From: a virus
Taxonomy: Duplodnaviria; Caudoviricetes
Direction: 5' to 3' (one strand)
Length of the DNA stretch: 55,787 nucleotides
IMG/VR virus record: IMGVR_UViG_3300036852_000461
Location: 1-55,787 of that record
Position 1 is the stretch's first letter; each line of letters opens with the position of its first letter. Of this stretch, positions 34,195-42,872 are shown piece by piece. The notes below the pieces were generated by a model. That model ran no database searches and was not told the DNA's origin. It was given only the letters and a program-made list of their open reading frames with translations. The position numbers were made by a program, and so were the translations under genes.

Positions 34195-35342
34195 GGATCC
34201 TGTTCGTCTCGTCCGATCAGGGCGGCTGCCGCTATTACCGCTGTCTGCTCCCCGCCCAGGAGCTCAGTCGTCAAGGCGGCCACGAGGTGCTCGTCGCCGG
34301 CTCCCTCGCCCAACTTCGGTCCGGCGAGATCGTCGCGCCGTCGGCAGACGACCCCCGAACCTTCACACGCGGGTTCGAACTCGTCGTCCTGCAACGCTGG
34401 ATGCATCAGGATGCAGCCGAGGTCACACGCATGGCGCGAGCGTACGGTCAGATCGTCATCAACGACGTGGACGACTGGTTCTTCGGCATTCCGACCTCGA
34501 ATGCAGCCTTCCGCGGGTCGCACAAGTCGAACGACCCGACGTGGAACATCGAGCATTACCGACGCGTCCTCGCAGCGTCGTCCGCACTCACCGTCTCCAC
34601 GCCCTATCTCGCTGAGCGCCTGACGTCCCTGGGACGTCCGGTCTACACCATCCGCAACCACATCGACATCGAGCGCTGGACGCCGGCGACGGTCGCTCCG
34701 AGGTCACTCGTCCTGGGATGGGTCGGACACATGGCGCATCGCGCGGCAGGAGACTTGGGGCAACTCGCCGGGGTGCTCGGCCCGTGGATGAGCAGATATC
34801 AGCATGCACGGTTCCTGCACGCCGGATCAGATGGTGAAGCGGATCACGAAGCGATGCTGAAGCTGCTCGCGGTCACACCCGATCGACTGATGACCCGCGG
34901 GCTTCGCAACATCCGGTTTCTGCCCCAACTCATTCACGGTATGGACATCGGCCTGGCACCACTCGAGGAATGCCCCTTCAACTTCGCCAAATCAAACGTG
35001 AAGGTGCTCGAGTACGGGGCAGCGGGCGTACCCGCGATCGCGTCGGATCGGCCGGAGTATCGGCAGTTCGGTGCCGTGGCGCTCTGCAAGACCGCCTCCG
35101 ACTGGACGGCTGCGCTGGACCGCCTGGCCGATCCCGGCGAGCGTCTAGCGGCTGCTGTGGCCGCCCGCGCGCGCGCCAGGGAGTTCGACATCCGCGCCGG
35201 CTGGTCACAGTGGGAGTCGGTCTACGAGCGTGTGATCGCCGATGCAAAGGGCGAGAGCCTCGGTTCACCATCACGCCCATCCCTGATCGTCCCCGCCTCA
35301 TCGTTCCGGCGTCGCAAGCCCAAGAGGCGCGCGAGGACCTGA
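34191..35342 (+). CDS. GT-B (family 4-like) glycosyltransferase
   Basis: GC.YYR..LP, LQR, DVDD, VSTPYL, GWVG, DIGLAPL...FN..KS.VK.LEYGAAG.P.IAS. Confidence 0.88.
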   Translation: MRILFVSSDQGGCRYYRCLLPAQELSRQGGHEVLVAGSLAQLRSGEIVAPSADDPRTFTRGFELVVLQRWMHQDAAEVTRMARAYGQIVINDVDDWFFGIPTSNAAFRGSHKSNDPTWNIEHYRRVLAASSALTVSTPYLAERLTSLGRPVYTIRNHIDIERWTPATVAPRSLVLGWVGHMAHRAAGDLGQLAGVLGPWMSRYQHARFLHAGSDGEADHEAMLKLLAVTPDRLMTRGLRNIRFLPQLIHGMDIGLAPLEECPFNFAKSNVKVLEYGAAGVPAIASDRPEYRQFGAVALCKTASDWTAALDRLADPGERLAAAVAARARAREFDIRAGWSQWESVYERVIADAKGESLGSPSRPSLIVPASSFRRRKPKRRART

Positions 35343-35346
35343 GTCG

Positions 35347-35375
35347 TTGACCGGGTCGGCATGCGCTCCTACGCT
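35347..35375 (+). promoter_or_regulatory. Promoter upstream of the 993-aa gene
   Basis: TTGACC-17-TACGCT. Confidence 0.72.
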
Positions 35376-35394
35376 TGGACCGTCTGACGCGAGG

Positions 35395-35457
35395 CCCCGG
35401 GTGCTGACCGCGGGGAAGCGACGGGCGACGACCTGGTCGTCTGCGAAAGGTCAGCGC
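35395..35457 (+). ncRNA. Structured leader motif, copy 2
   Basis: CCCCGGG-TGCTGA-CCGCGGGG-AAGCGACG...GAAAGGTCAGCGC. Confidence 0.7.
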
Positions 35458-35492
35458 GTGTTGCCTTCCCCCGTCCGTCTGGTCGCTATCTG

Positions 35493-38474
35493 ATGCGCGC
35501 CAAGTTCCGTGACGCTGTCCTGGATCGCCGCGGGCATGGCATCGAGGCGACGATCGAGGTGCGCGAGCCCGGAACGACAACGCCCGTCGCGGCTGCGCTG
35601 TACGACGAGGCTGGCAACGTCCTCGCCAATCCGATCACCGCGAATACCGCCGGCGAGTTCGAGTTCTATATGGACGACGCCCAGCGGGTCGACCTCTTCG
35701 TCTCGAAGGACACCTTCACCGCAGAGACGCAACAGGTGGACGTTCTTGGCCCCGACCCCGCGCCCGTTCAGTCCGTCTTCGGCCGAACGGGCGACGTCGT
35801 TCCCCAACTGGCCGACTACAACGGCTTCTTCCTCACTCCGGCAGAAGGCGATGCCGCCTACGATCCCTTCGGTGCGGCTGCGTCAGCACTGTCGACCGCC
35901 GAGTCCTACATCGACACATCAGTTGCGAACTACGTCCCGCTCTCGCAGAAGGGCGCCGCGAGCGGAGTCGCAACACTCGACTCGGGCTCGAAGATCCCCA
36001 TCACGCAGCTTCCCGCCCTCGCCATCACCAGTACGTCGGTCGTCGCGTCGCAGGCCGCGATGCTTGCCCTGACGGCCCAGGAGGGTGACGTCGCGATCCG
36101 CAGCGACGAGAAGAAGACGTACATCCTCTCGACGAGCGACCCGACGCAGCTCGCGAACTGGCTGTGGTTGCAGACGCCCGACGACGCGGTGTCGAGCTTC
36201 AACGGCCGCGTCGGCGCCGTGATGCCTCTCCAAGCCGACTATGACGGGTTTTTCTTGACTCCGGCCGAGGGTGATGCTGCTTATCTCGCCAAGGGTGCGT
36301 TGACGGACGGTTCCGTGCTCTTCGCGGCTAGCGGTCAGGTGCAGCAGAATAACGCGCATCTGTTCTGGGACGACGCGAAGAATCGTCTTGGGATCGGGAC
36401 AGCCGCGCCCCTCGTACGACTGCACGTATCGGATGGAGCTTCCGTCGCATCGGCGCTTCTCACGACGGACGCCATCTCGCTCACCGACCAGTCCGGCAAT
36501 CTCACAACGGCATCGCTCATCTCCGTGACGGATGTGGCCGGGACGCGCGGCGTCGTCAAGGGCGTCCGGGCGCGAGGAACGCTCTCCGCCCCAACCGTCC
36601 CGAATACCGACGACGAGGTGTTCGCTTTCCTGGGCTCCATCTACGACGGAGCCACGACGCAAGGTACGGCTGGCGTGTTCTTCCGCGTGGACGGGGCCGT
36701 TTCGGCGGGCGTGGCTCCCCAACGTATCTCGTTCGTCACGAGCGCGACGACAGCCGCCGCGCGCACCGAGAAGGTCACGATCAAGTCCGACGGCAAGGTC
36801 GGCATCGGGATCACCGAACCGACCTCCATGCTGCACGTCGCCGACTCGTCGAGTTCGTCTCCTCGCGGGATCACCAGCGGGCAGTACAACACGGGCCCGG
36901 ACGGCGCGCGCCTGCACACGCGGAAGGCACGAGGGACCTATACGACACCTCTGAGCGTTGCGGCGGGAGACACACTCGGTCGCTGGGTCGCCGACGGATA
37001 CGACGGCACGAACTACCTCGATATGGGTGCCATCGCCTTCGAGTCAGAAGGGACGGTCGCCTCGACACGCATCCCGACGCGCCTCGTGTTCCTCACGGCT
37101 ACCAACGCGGCGCCGTCCGTTCTCACGGAAGCCATGCGGATCACTTCCGACCAGTGGGTTGGTATCGGGACGACGGCCCCGCTCCGGCGGTTGGCCGTTG
37201 CCGATGCGAGCGCGAACACGATGGTCGTCCTGCGTTCCGTGGCGAGCGGCGCGGCCACCAACGGGCTGACGATCGGCCGCATCTACTTCGGAACGAACAG
37301 CACCAGCGCTCCGGGAGCGGTACTGGAGACGGCGAGCATCCTCGGCGTCGCGACCGAAGCGTGGACCGTCGGTACGGCGCAAGGATCAGGCGTCCGCATC
37401 CAAGGAACCCAGAACGGCACCACATCGACCATCAGCGTCCTCGAGAGCAGTGGGCGTCAATACCTGTGGATCGACCCAGACGCGAATAGCACGAGTTCTG
37501 CGCAGGGAATCGCATTCGGAACCTCACGAGACACGCAGATATACCGATCGGGGGTCGGCATCGTTCTGCTCAACAACAGCCTCGGGATCGGCCAAAGTCG
37601 ACAGCGGCTCGCCGCCCTGAGCGTGCTGCCTCTCGCTACCCCCAACGGCGGTTCGACCGCGCTGGCTTCCGGTGGCGTCATCACCGCCCAGACCGTGACG
37701 TACGGGACCACGGCCCAGACGGGCGACGTCTCCGCCTTCCTCATCGAGCAGCAGACCTACGCTTCCACCCCCGCCTCAACCGTCATCCCCGATCTCTCCG
37801 GACTGCGCATCAAGGGTCCTGTCACTTCCGGCGCTAACGCTTCTGCCACGAGGACGCAGGCGTTGCTCATCGAGACGGGGGCGGATGCCAACAACGGCGT
37901 GGTGATCAGGCAGAACTCGGGCACGCAGTCCGCTCCATTGATCTTGTTCCAGAATTCCTCGGCCGGGACCATCGCGACCATCGGTGGAGACGGGAAGTTC
38001 ACCAGCAAAGATGGAACCGCAACGACTCCGGGCCACGCCTTCATCAGCGAGACCACCCTCGGCACCTACCGCATCTCCGCTGGCATCCTCGGATTCACCG
38101 CCAACGCCGAACTCGCCCGCATGTCCGCCTCTCTGTTTCAGCTCGCCGCAGGCGTCATGCTCACGCTCAATCAGGACACCTCGGCTGCCCAGACCATCGT
38201 GGCGGGCACAACGAACGGTCTCAAGATCGGAACGGCAACAAACCAGAAGCTCGGCTTCTTCAACGCAGCGCCTGTTATTCAGCCAGTGCGCGCCGCGACA
38301 CTGACCAACAACGTGACGGTCGGGGGAACCGACGACAGGATCGACGACATCACGGCTGCATCCGTGGACACGACGGCCGCCAAGCTGACCGACACGCGCA
38401 ATGCGATCTACCAGTTGGCGCGAGCTATCCGCGCTCATGATGTTGGACTTCGCGCACTTGGGCTGCTGAGCTGA
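35493..38474 (+). CDS. Fibre-like virion protein (993 aa)
   Basis: Ser/Thr/Gly-rich beta repeats, (L/V)GIG...P three times, duplicated V.S..GR.G.V...ADY.GFFLTPAEGDAAY, C-terminal LRALGLL. Confidence 0.75.
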   Translation: MRAKFRDAVLDRRGHGIEATIEVREPGTTTPVAAALYDEAGNVLANPITANTAGEFEFYMDDAQRVDLFVSKDTFTAETQQVDVLGPDPAPVQSVFGRTGDVVPQLADYNGFFLTPAEGDAAYDPFGAAASALSTAESYIDTSVANYVPLSQKGAASGVATLDSGSKIPITQLPALAITSTSVVASQAAMLALTAQEGDVAIRSDEKKTYILSTSDPTQLANWLWLQTPDDAVSSFNGRVGAVMPLQADYDGFFLTPAEGDAAYLAKGALTDGSVLFAASGQVQQNNAHLFWDDAKNRLGIGTAAPLVRLHVSDGASVASALLTTDAISLTDQSGNLTTASLISVTDVAGTRGVVKGVRARGTLSAPTVPNTDDEVFAFLGSIYDGATTQGTAGVFFRVDGAVSAGVAPQRISFVTSATTAAARTEKVTIKSDGKVGIGITEPTSMLHVADSSSSSPRGITSGQYNTGPDGARLHTRKARGTYTTPLSVAAGDTLGRWVADGYDGTNYLDMGAIAFESEGTVASTRIPTRLVFLTATNAAPSVLTEAMRITSDQWVGIGTTAPLRRLAVADASANTMVVLRSVASGAATNGLTIGRIYFGTNSTSAPGAVLETASILGVATEAWTVGTAQGSGVRIQGTQNGTTSTISVLESSGRQYLWIDPDANSTSSAQGIAFGTSRDTQIYRSGVGIVLLNNSLGIGQSRQRLAALSVLPLATPNGGSTALASGGVITAQTVTYGTTAQTGDVSAFLIEQQTYASTPASTVIPDLSGLRIKGPVTSGANASATRTQALLIETGADANNGVVIRQNSGTQSAPLILFQNSSAGTIATIGGDGKFTSKDGTATTPGHAFISETTLGTYRISAGILGFTANAELARMSASLFQLAAGVMLTLNQDTSAAQTIVAGTTNGLKIGTATNQKLGFFNAAPVIQPVRAATLTNNVTVGGTDDRIDDITAASVDTTAAKLTDTRNAIYQLARAIRAHDVGLRALGLLS

Positions 38475-38974
38475 TGAAAAGAGCCTGGGTCCTCATCCCG
38501 CTAATCTTCTTCCTCGCCTCCCCAGTCGTGGCGCGCGTCAAGCCTCAGGCAGCCTCCGGGTTCGCCCATGCCCGTCAGTCGCCGCGTACTCCGATTACCA
38601 TCCAGCGTTCCGAGGAGCCGCGCGTGCTCGCAGCGATGGACTACTGGAACCTCGCGGCACGTTGGCAACTCTTTGTAGTGGCTGATGCGCCCGAGATCAC
38701 CATGGAGGAGACGGACTGCTGCTGGGCTCGGTGGGGTTCGGAGCCTCCATACGAGTCATGTCACATCGCCATCGGCTCAGATCAGAGCTTCGGCGAATGG
38801 CAACTCATCGCGCACGAGCTTGGTCACTGCCTGGGCTGGGGACAAGACGCCGATACATTCGGCAAGGGAGTCCTGGGAGGGGAAGACCTCGACATGGTTT
38901 ACGATCGCCGACAGCTCAAGCATGCTGGTTACATGGCTGAGCGTATCTGCGATCCGGAGTGTCACGATGAATGA
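38474..38974 (+). CDS. Secreted zincin metallopeptidase-like protein
   Basis: Signal peptide; AM.YWN; IAHELGHCLG (HExxH). Confidence 0.7.
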   Translation: MKRAWVLIPLIFFLASPVVARVKPQAASGFAHARQSPRTPITIQRSEEPRVLAAMDYWNLAARWQLFVVADAPEITMEETDCCWARWGSEPPYESCHIAIGSDQSFGEWQLIAHELGHCLGWGQDADTFGKGVLGGEDLDMVYDRRQLKHAGYMAERICDPECHDE

Positions 38975-39010
38975 AGGGGTCCTCGGTAACGTCAAGAAAA
39001 GAGGAAGCGA

Positions 39011-39337
39011 ATGACCACTCGCAAGCTCGCCTTCGTGATCGTGCGTCCCGGGTTTATCGATGTGGATGAGGACGGAGAGGTTGAGAATGGTCCCTATCAT
39101 CTCGCACATCCTCAGACGCAACAGCCGATCGAGTTCACCGTCTCCGCGAAGCAATGGAAGGCGGGCTGGTCACTGGATGATGCCGTCAAGAATGTTGACG
39201 CCCAACTCGCCGCGATGGGCGTCGCGTCCGGAGACGTCAAGCCCAACCGGGCAGCACGGCGCAAGGCCATCCAACTGAAGAAGACGGTTGGCAAGCCCAC
39301 AACTCGTAAGGCGGCCAAGCCGAAGGCGAAGAGGTAG
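39011..39337 (+). CDS. Hypothetical protein with basic tail
   Basis: SD AGAGGA; PNRAARR and a Lys-rich C-terminus. Confidence 0.7.
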   Translation: MTTRKLAFVIVRPGFIDVDEDGEVENGPYHLAHPQTQQPIEFTVSAKQWKAGWSLDDAVKNVDAQLAAMGVASGDVKPNRAARRKAIQLKKTVGKPTTRKAAKPKAKR

Positions 39338-39344
39338 CCAAGCG

Positions 39345-39980
39345 ATGAGCCCGATCATCCTCGACAGCACGCTGGAGGTCATCGACACCGACGACCTCAT
39401 CGTCGAGTACTACGAGCTTGCCAGCTACATGAAGGCGGACTGCGACGACGCGGCCAGCGTGGAAGCCTTGGAGATCATCTCGGGCGCACAGTCAGAACTC
39501 GAATCCCATCTCGGCCGGCCGATCACGCCACGTGATTTCGTGGACACCATCGATGTGCCGTCAGCGGATGCAGCCTGGGTCGATGGCAATCTCTACCGCC
39601 CCGCCAACCTTTACTTCCCCCGCACTCCCGTTCACGCGATCGACTACCTCAAGGCCGATGGGGTGACACAGGACCTCACCGATCAGCAGATCACCACGTG
39701 GGGCATCCGCGGATACTCGGGGTCGGTCGGAAAGCTCGGCACCGTGCTCGTGAGCTACCGCGCGGGAATCGACGGCCGAGCACCCGAGCACACCGTCCTC
39801 AAGACCCTCGTCAAACGACGTGCGGCGCGCGAGATGATCGCGCGCGCCGACAATGCCCAGGGTGCCGAGAGCATCAACGATGAGGGCTATTCGGTGAAGT
39901 ACGTGGCGGCCGACGGCGGCTACACCGCGGCGGAGCTTCGCTCGGTCAGGTCCTACCATCGCCGGGTTGTGTCTGTCTGA
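39345..39980 (+). CDS. Head-tail adaptor
   Basis: Synteny; LESHLGR, PV..I, V.YRAG, E....YSV.Y, E...V..Y.R. Confidence 0.7.
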   Translation: MSPIILDSTLEVIDTDDLIVEYYELASYMKADCDDAASVEALEIISGAQSELESHLGRPITPRDFVDTIDVPSADAAWVDGNLYRPANLYFPRTPVHAIDYLKADGVTQDLTDQQITTWGIRGYSGSVGKLGTVLVSYRAGIDGRAPEHTVLKTLVKRRAAREMIARADNAQGAESINDEGYSVKYVAADGGYTAAELRSVRSYHRRVVSV

Positions 39981-40327
39981 TGCGCGGGCGTCTGTTCACA
40001 TTGAAGATCGAGCGCGATCCGGCCTCGGATACCTCCGACGCCGAGGGTCGAGCGACCGTCGCCGCACCGAGCGTCACGCAGTATTGCGGCACGTTCGCCT
40101 ACCTGTCCACGAATGAAGCCTTCCGCGCGCAGCACTACGGTCAGCACATCGAGGCCGTGTCGGGCGCACCCCATGGAACCGATGTTCGCCACACTGATCG
40201 CATCGTGGTCGACGAGGCGCTGAATCCATGCGTACCACCCGAGTTCGTCGGGACGTGGATTGTGGAGGCCGTCAAGTATCGGCGCACGCGATTGCGCGTC
40301 CTAGTTCGTCGCGAGGACCATCCCTGA
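39980..40327 (+). CDS. Head-tail stopper/closure protein
   Basis: Synteny and size; TDV..TDRI.V. Confidence 0.65.
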   Translation: MRGRLFTLKIERDPASDTSDAEGRATVAAPSVTQYCGTFAYLSTNEAFRAQHYGQHIEAVSGAPHGTDVRHTDRIVVDEALNPCVPPEFVGTWIVEAVKYRRTRLRVLVRREDHP

Positions 40328-40785
40328 TGGCAGCCGATGTCTTCACCCAGGCCGGGCACAACCTCGCCGTGGTTATCCGGGCCGGGCCGCAGGCAGGTGA
40401 GCCCGCCTTGCAACGGGTGGGCGCGCTGCTCGATGCACAGATCAAGCGCAAGCTCTCAGAGCCGGGTCGCGGTCGAATCTACGTGCGCCGCAGTCGTGTG
40501 CATCAGGCGTCGGCTCCTGGTGATCCGCCGGCCGTCGATACAGGCAAGTACCGCGCGTCATGGTCGTGGGTCGTGCACAAGGTTGGCGAGGCCCTCGAGC
40601 TGATCGTCGGCACGCCCGACATCCGCGGACCGTCGCTCGAATACGGGACCTCGCGCATGGACAAGCGTCCCCATCTACGCCCAGTCGTCGAAGCCGCGCG
40701 CGCCGCCGGGACGATCTCCAAGACGATCGCCGGCTTCATCAGTGAGTTCCAGCGTCGAAGGGTCGGAGGCCTGCGTGGTCGATAA
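40327..40785 (+). CDS. HK97 gp10-like neck protein
   Basis: HQASAPG.PPAVDTG..RAS, LEYGTSRM..RP.LRP. Confidence 0.85.
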   Translation: MAADVFTQAGHNLAVVIRAGPQAGEPALQRVGALLDAQIKRKLSEPGRGRIYVRRSRVHQASAPGDPPAVDTGKYRASWSWVVHKVGEALELIVGTPDIRGPSLEYGTSRMDKRPHLRPVVEAARAAGTISKTIAGFISEFQRRRVGGLRGR

Positions 40786-41179
40786 GCCGTCGATCGCAGG
40801 AGCGGTCAAGGCCGCCGTCGTCACCTCGAATCTGGTGGCCGGACGCATCTGGCGTTCCGACAAGGTGCCCGAGAGCCCGACCTTCCCGTACGTGACCCTC
40901 GACGACATGATCAGCGACACGGTGGCGCTCGATGGCGACTGCGACGTGCTAGCCCTGGTCATGCTGCTCCAGATCGATCTGTGGCAGAAGGCGAAGGACG
41001 AGTCCTTCACGTTGCCCGTCGCGCTGCGCAACGCGGTCAGCGGCGCGGTGCTGGTGGCCAACCAGAAGGTCTACAAATGCAAGGTCATCGACTCGCAGCG
41101 CCTGCCCGATCCCGACGTATCGCTCGTGCATCACGCTCTGACGGTCCGGGCGGTCCATGCGGCCGCACTGACCCCATGA
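40775..41179 (+). CDS. Tail terminator (DUF3168-like)
   Basis: GRI...VP..PTFPYVT, QIDLW; upstream of the major tail gene. Confidence 0.75.
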   Translation: MVDKPSIAGAVKAAVVTSNLVAGRIWRSDKVPESPTFPYVTLDDMISDTVALDGDCDVLALVMLLQIDLWQKAKDESFTLPVALRNAVSGAVLVANQKVYKCKVIDSQRLPDPDVSLVHHALTVRAVHAAALTP

Positions 41180-41406
41180 AACTGCGACGTCGGCGCCAGC
41201 GGGCTGCTACAAGCCCACCACAGCCCCAGGAGCGGCCCCAGGCCGCTTCCTGCCCCCGGGGGCACGTCCTGACGCCCAAGATCGTCTTCCGTACCCGCAA
41301 CGACGATTACCAGTGCCGCGCCTGCTGGGCCGAGGGGATCGTCCCGGCCGAGATCCCGGCCGAGTCGTTGACCGGGCTGAACATCACCTCACAGAACAAA
41401 GCTTAA
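41176..41406 (+). CDS. Small protein with a stand-alone CPxGH..CxxC Zn module
   Basis: ATGA-coupled; CPRGH...CRAC. Confidence 0.55.
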   Translation: MKLRRRRQRAATSPPQPQERPQAASCPRGHVLTPKIVFRTRNDDYQCRACWAEGIVPAEIPAESLTGLNITSQNKA

Positions 41407-41418
41407 GCGAATGCGATG

Positions 41419-41460
41419 GAGTGACAGAATCTTGTCACTCACACGGAAACGTCGTACGCT
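41419..41460 (+). promoter_or_regulatory. Tail promoter with palindrome over the -35
   Basis: TTGTCA(41432)-17-TACGCT(41455); GAGTGACA-N6-TGTCACTC at 41419-41440. Confidence 0.7.
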
Positions 41461-41514
41461 TCACCCGTCCGGGGCTGAGCAGAACCGGATGTGAGCACGA
41501 CCCCGAAGCATGGT

Positions 41515-41581
41515 CCCCGGGTGCTGACCCGGTGGAAGCGAAGGGCGCCAGTCCAACGCATCCGCTAGCAGGAGGTCAGCA
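41515..41581 (+). ncRNA. Structured leader motif, copy 3 (major tail)
   Basis: CCCCGGG-TGCTGA-CCCGGTGG-AAGCGAAG...AGGAGGTCAGCA. Confidence 0.7.
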
Positions 41582-41583
41582 AG

Positions 41584-42165
41584 GTGGTCAACGCACAAGA
41601 GACCGTCGTCTTCGACATCTGCGACGGCAAGGTCTACGAGATGTACGCCGATACGGCTGGAGCTTCGGCAGGCCCGTCATACGGAGAGGCCATCGATCTG
41701 CCTGGCATCGGGGCTCTCTCGGGCTTCGACCCGCAGATCGTCTCGGCCGAGCTGAAGGGCGATTGCCGTGTCATCGCCCGTCAGGGGCGCATCGACAGCG
41801 TGAACGCGTCGATCACCTACGGCAAGATTGCGATCCCCGTCCTCACGGCCCTGCACGACATGCAAGCGTTCTCGAGCGGGCTGATCGAGGGCGCGCGCAT
41901 CAAGGGTGGTGCGGAGATCAAGTACTTCAAGTTCACGGGCACCATCACCGGCACCGATGCTGGCGTGGACGACGTACAGGTCATCTTCTACAAGGCCCAG
42001 CTCACCTCCGAAACGCTGTTCGATCAGGCGAGCGATCAGTTCGGCCAGCCGAAGTTCGACATGAGCGCGATCGGCATCGATAGCGGCGCGGCCGAAGGCG
42101 TGGGGCCCTATCCCGGGCTCGAGGTCGCAACGCTCGCGGACATCCTCATCACCTCGGAGGCCTAG
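41584..42165 (+). CDS. Major tail (tube) protein
   Basis: Synteny; ELKGD, YFK..G, V.FYKA; strong SD. Confidence 0.8.
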   Translation: MVNAQETVVFDICDGKVYEMYADTAGASAGPSYGEAIDLPGIGALSGFDPQIVSAELKGDCRVIARQGRIDSVNASITYGKIAIPVLTALHDMQAFSSGLIEGARIKGGAEIKYFKFTGTITGTDAGVDDVQVIFYKAQLTSETLFDQASDQFGQPKFDMSAIGIDSGAAEGVGPYPGLEVATLADILITSEA

Positions 42166-42167
42166 CC

Positions 42168-42698
42168 GTGGCTGGAGCCGAGGCGGTAGAAGATCGCTTT
42201 CCGGCGAGCGCGTATCTGCGTGGCCGGGAGGTGGCCGTGCGTTTGGTGCCATCGGGAGGCGGCGACCCCGAGCCCGTCTGGTTCAGGTTCAGCCAGAACC
42301 ACGTGGCAGCCATCGAGGAGGAGTTCGGCGGCGTCATCGCCTTCGATGAATCCTTCGTAGTGCGGGGCGCGACCACGATCCGGAAGGTTCTCGCGATCGT
42401 TCTCGGCGAGCCGCTCGATACCGAGGGTCTTGCCCGTATCGGCGATCGGATGTTGGCCGAGGAGTTCCCGGCCTATCTGGCTGCGATCGAGTCGGCGTGG
42501 CTGCTTGCGCACGGGTCCTCGGAGGAAGAGGCGGGAAAAGCGTGGGCGGGCCGGTTGGAGCTCGCGGCCAACGGGACGGCCAGCGTCGCCGCGGCGTTCC
42601 AGAAAATCCTGGATCGGAGCGTAACCGCTTCGACTGGGAACAACGGCTCGCGCGCTGGGAGGCGACAGGGCACGGCACCGAAGAGTTCTGGCGGCTGA
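42168..42698 (+). CDS. Tail assembly chaperone (G)
   Basis: Between tail tube and tape measure; IEEEFG. Confidence 0.75.
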   Translation: MAGAEAVEDRFPASAYLRGREVAVRLVPSGGGDPEPVWFRFSQNHVAAIEEEFGGVIAFDESFVVRGATTIRKVLAIVLGEPLDTEGLARIGDRMLAEEFPAYLAAIESAWLLAHGSSEEEAGKAWAGRLELAANGTASVAAAFQKILDRSVTASTGNNGSRAGRRQGTAPKSSGG

Positions 42699-42871
42699 CC
42701 CCGGCGCAGGCCGACGTGATCATGCGCCTGCATGAGGGACGCCCCAGAAGATCGGAGCCGGTCGATCCGAGCCGACCGATGCTGCCTGCGGGCGCGCGCC
42801 GTGGTTCGCCGGCAGAGTTCGTAGCCCGAGCCAGGGCCGCCGGTCTGCGCGTGATCGAGGGCGGAGGCTGA
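42533..42871 (+). CDS. Tail assembly chaperone -1 frameshift extension (T)
   Basis: Slippery G GGA AAA at 42533-42539 in frame; the -1 frame encodes EEFWRLTPAQ. Confidence 0.7.
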   Translation, partial: GKSVGGPVGARGQRDGQRRRGVPENPGSERNRFDWEQRLARWEATGHGTEEFWRLTPAQADVIMRLHEGRPRRSEPVDPSRPMLPAGARRGSPAEFVARARAAGLRVIEGGG

Positions 42872-42872
42872 C

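Noticed and set aside
41362-41376. 15-bp match GAGTCGTTGACCGGG to the 35341 promoter region
   Set aside because: Within an ORF and no TAnnnT at 17-nt spacing; chance or relic.
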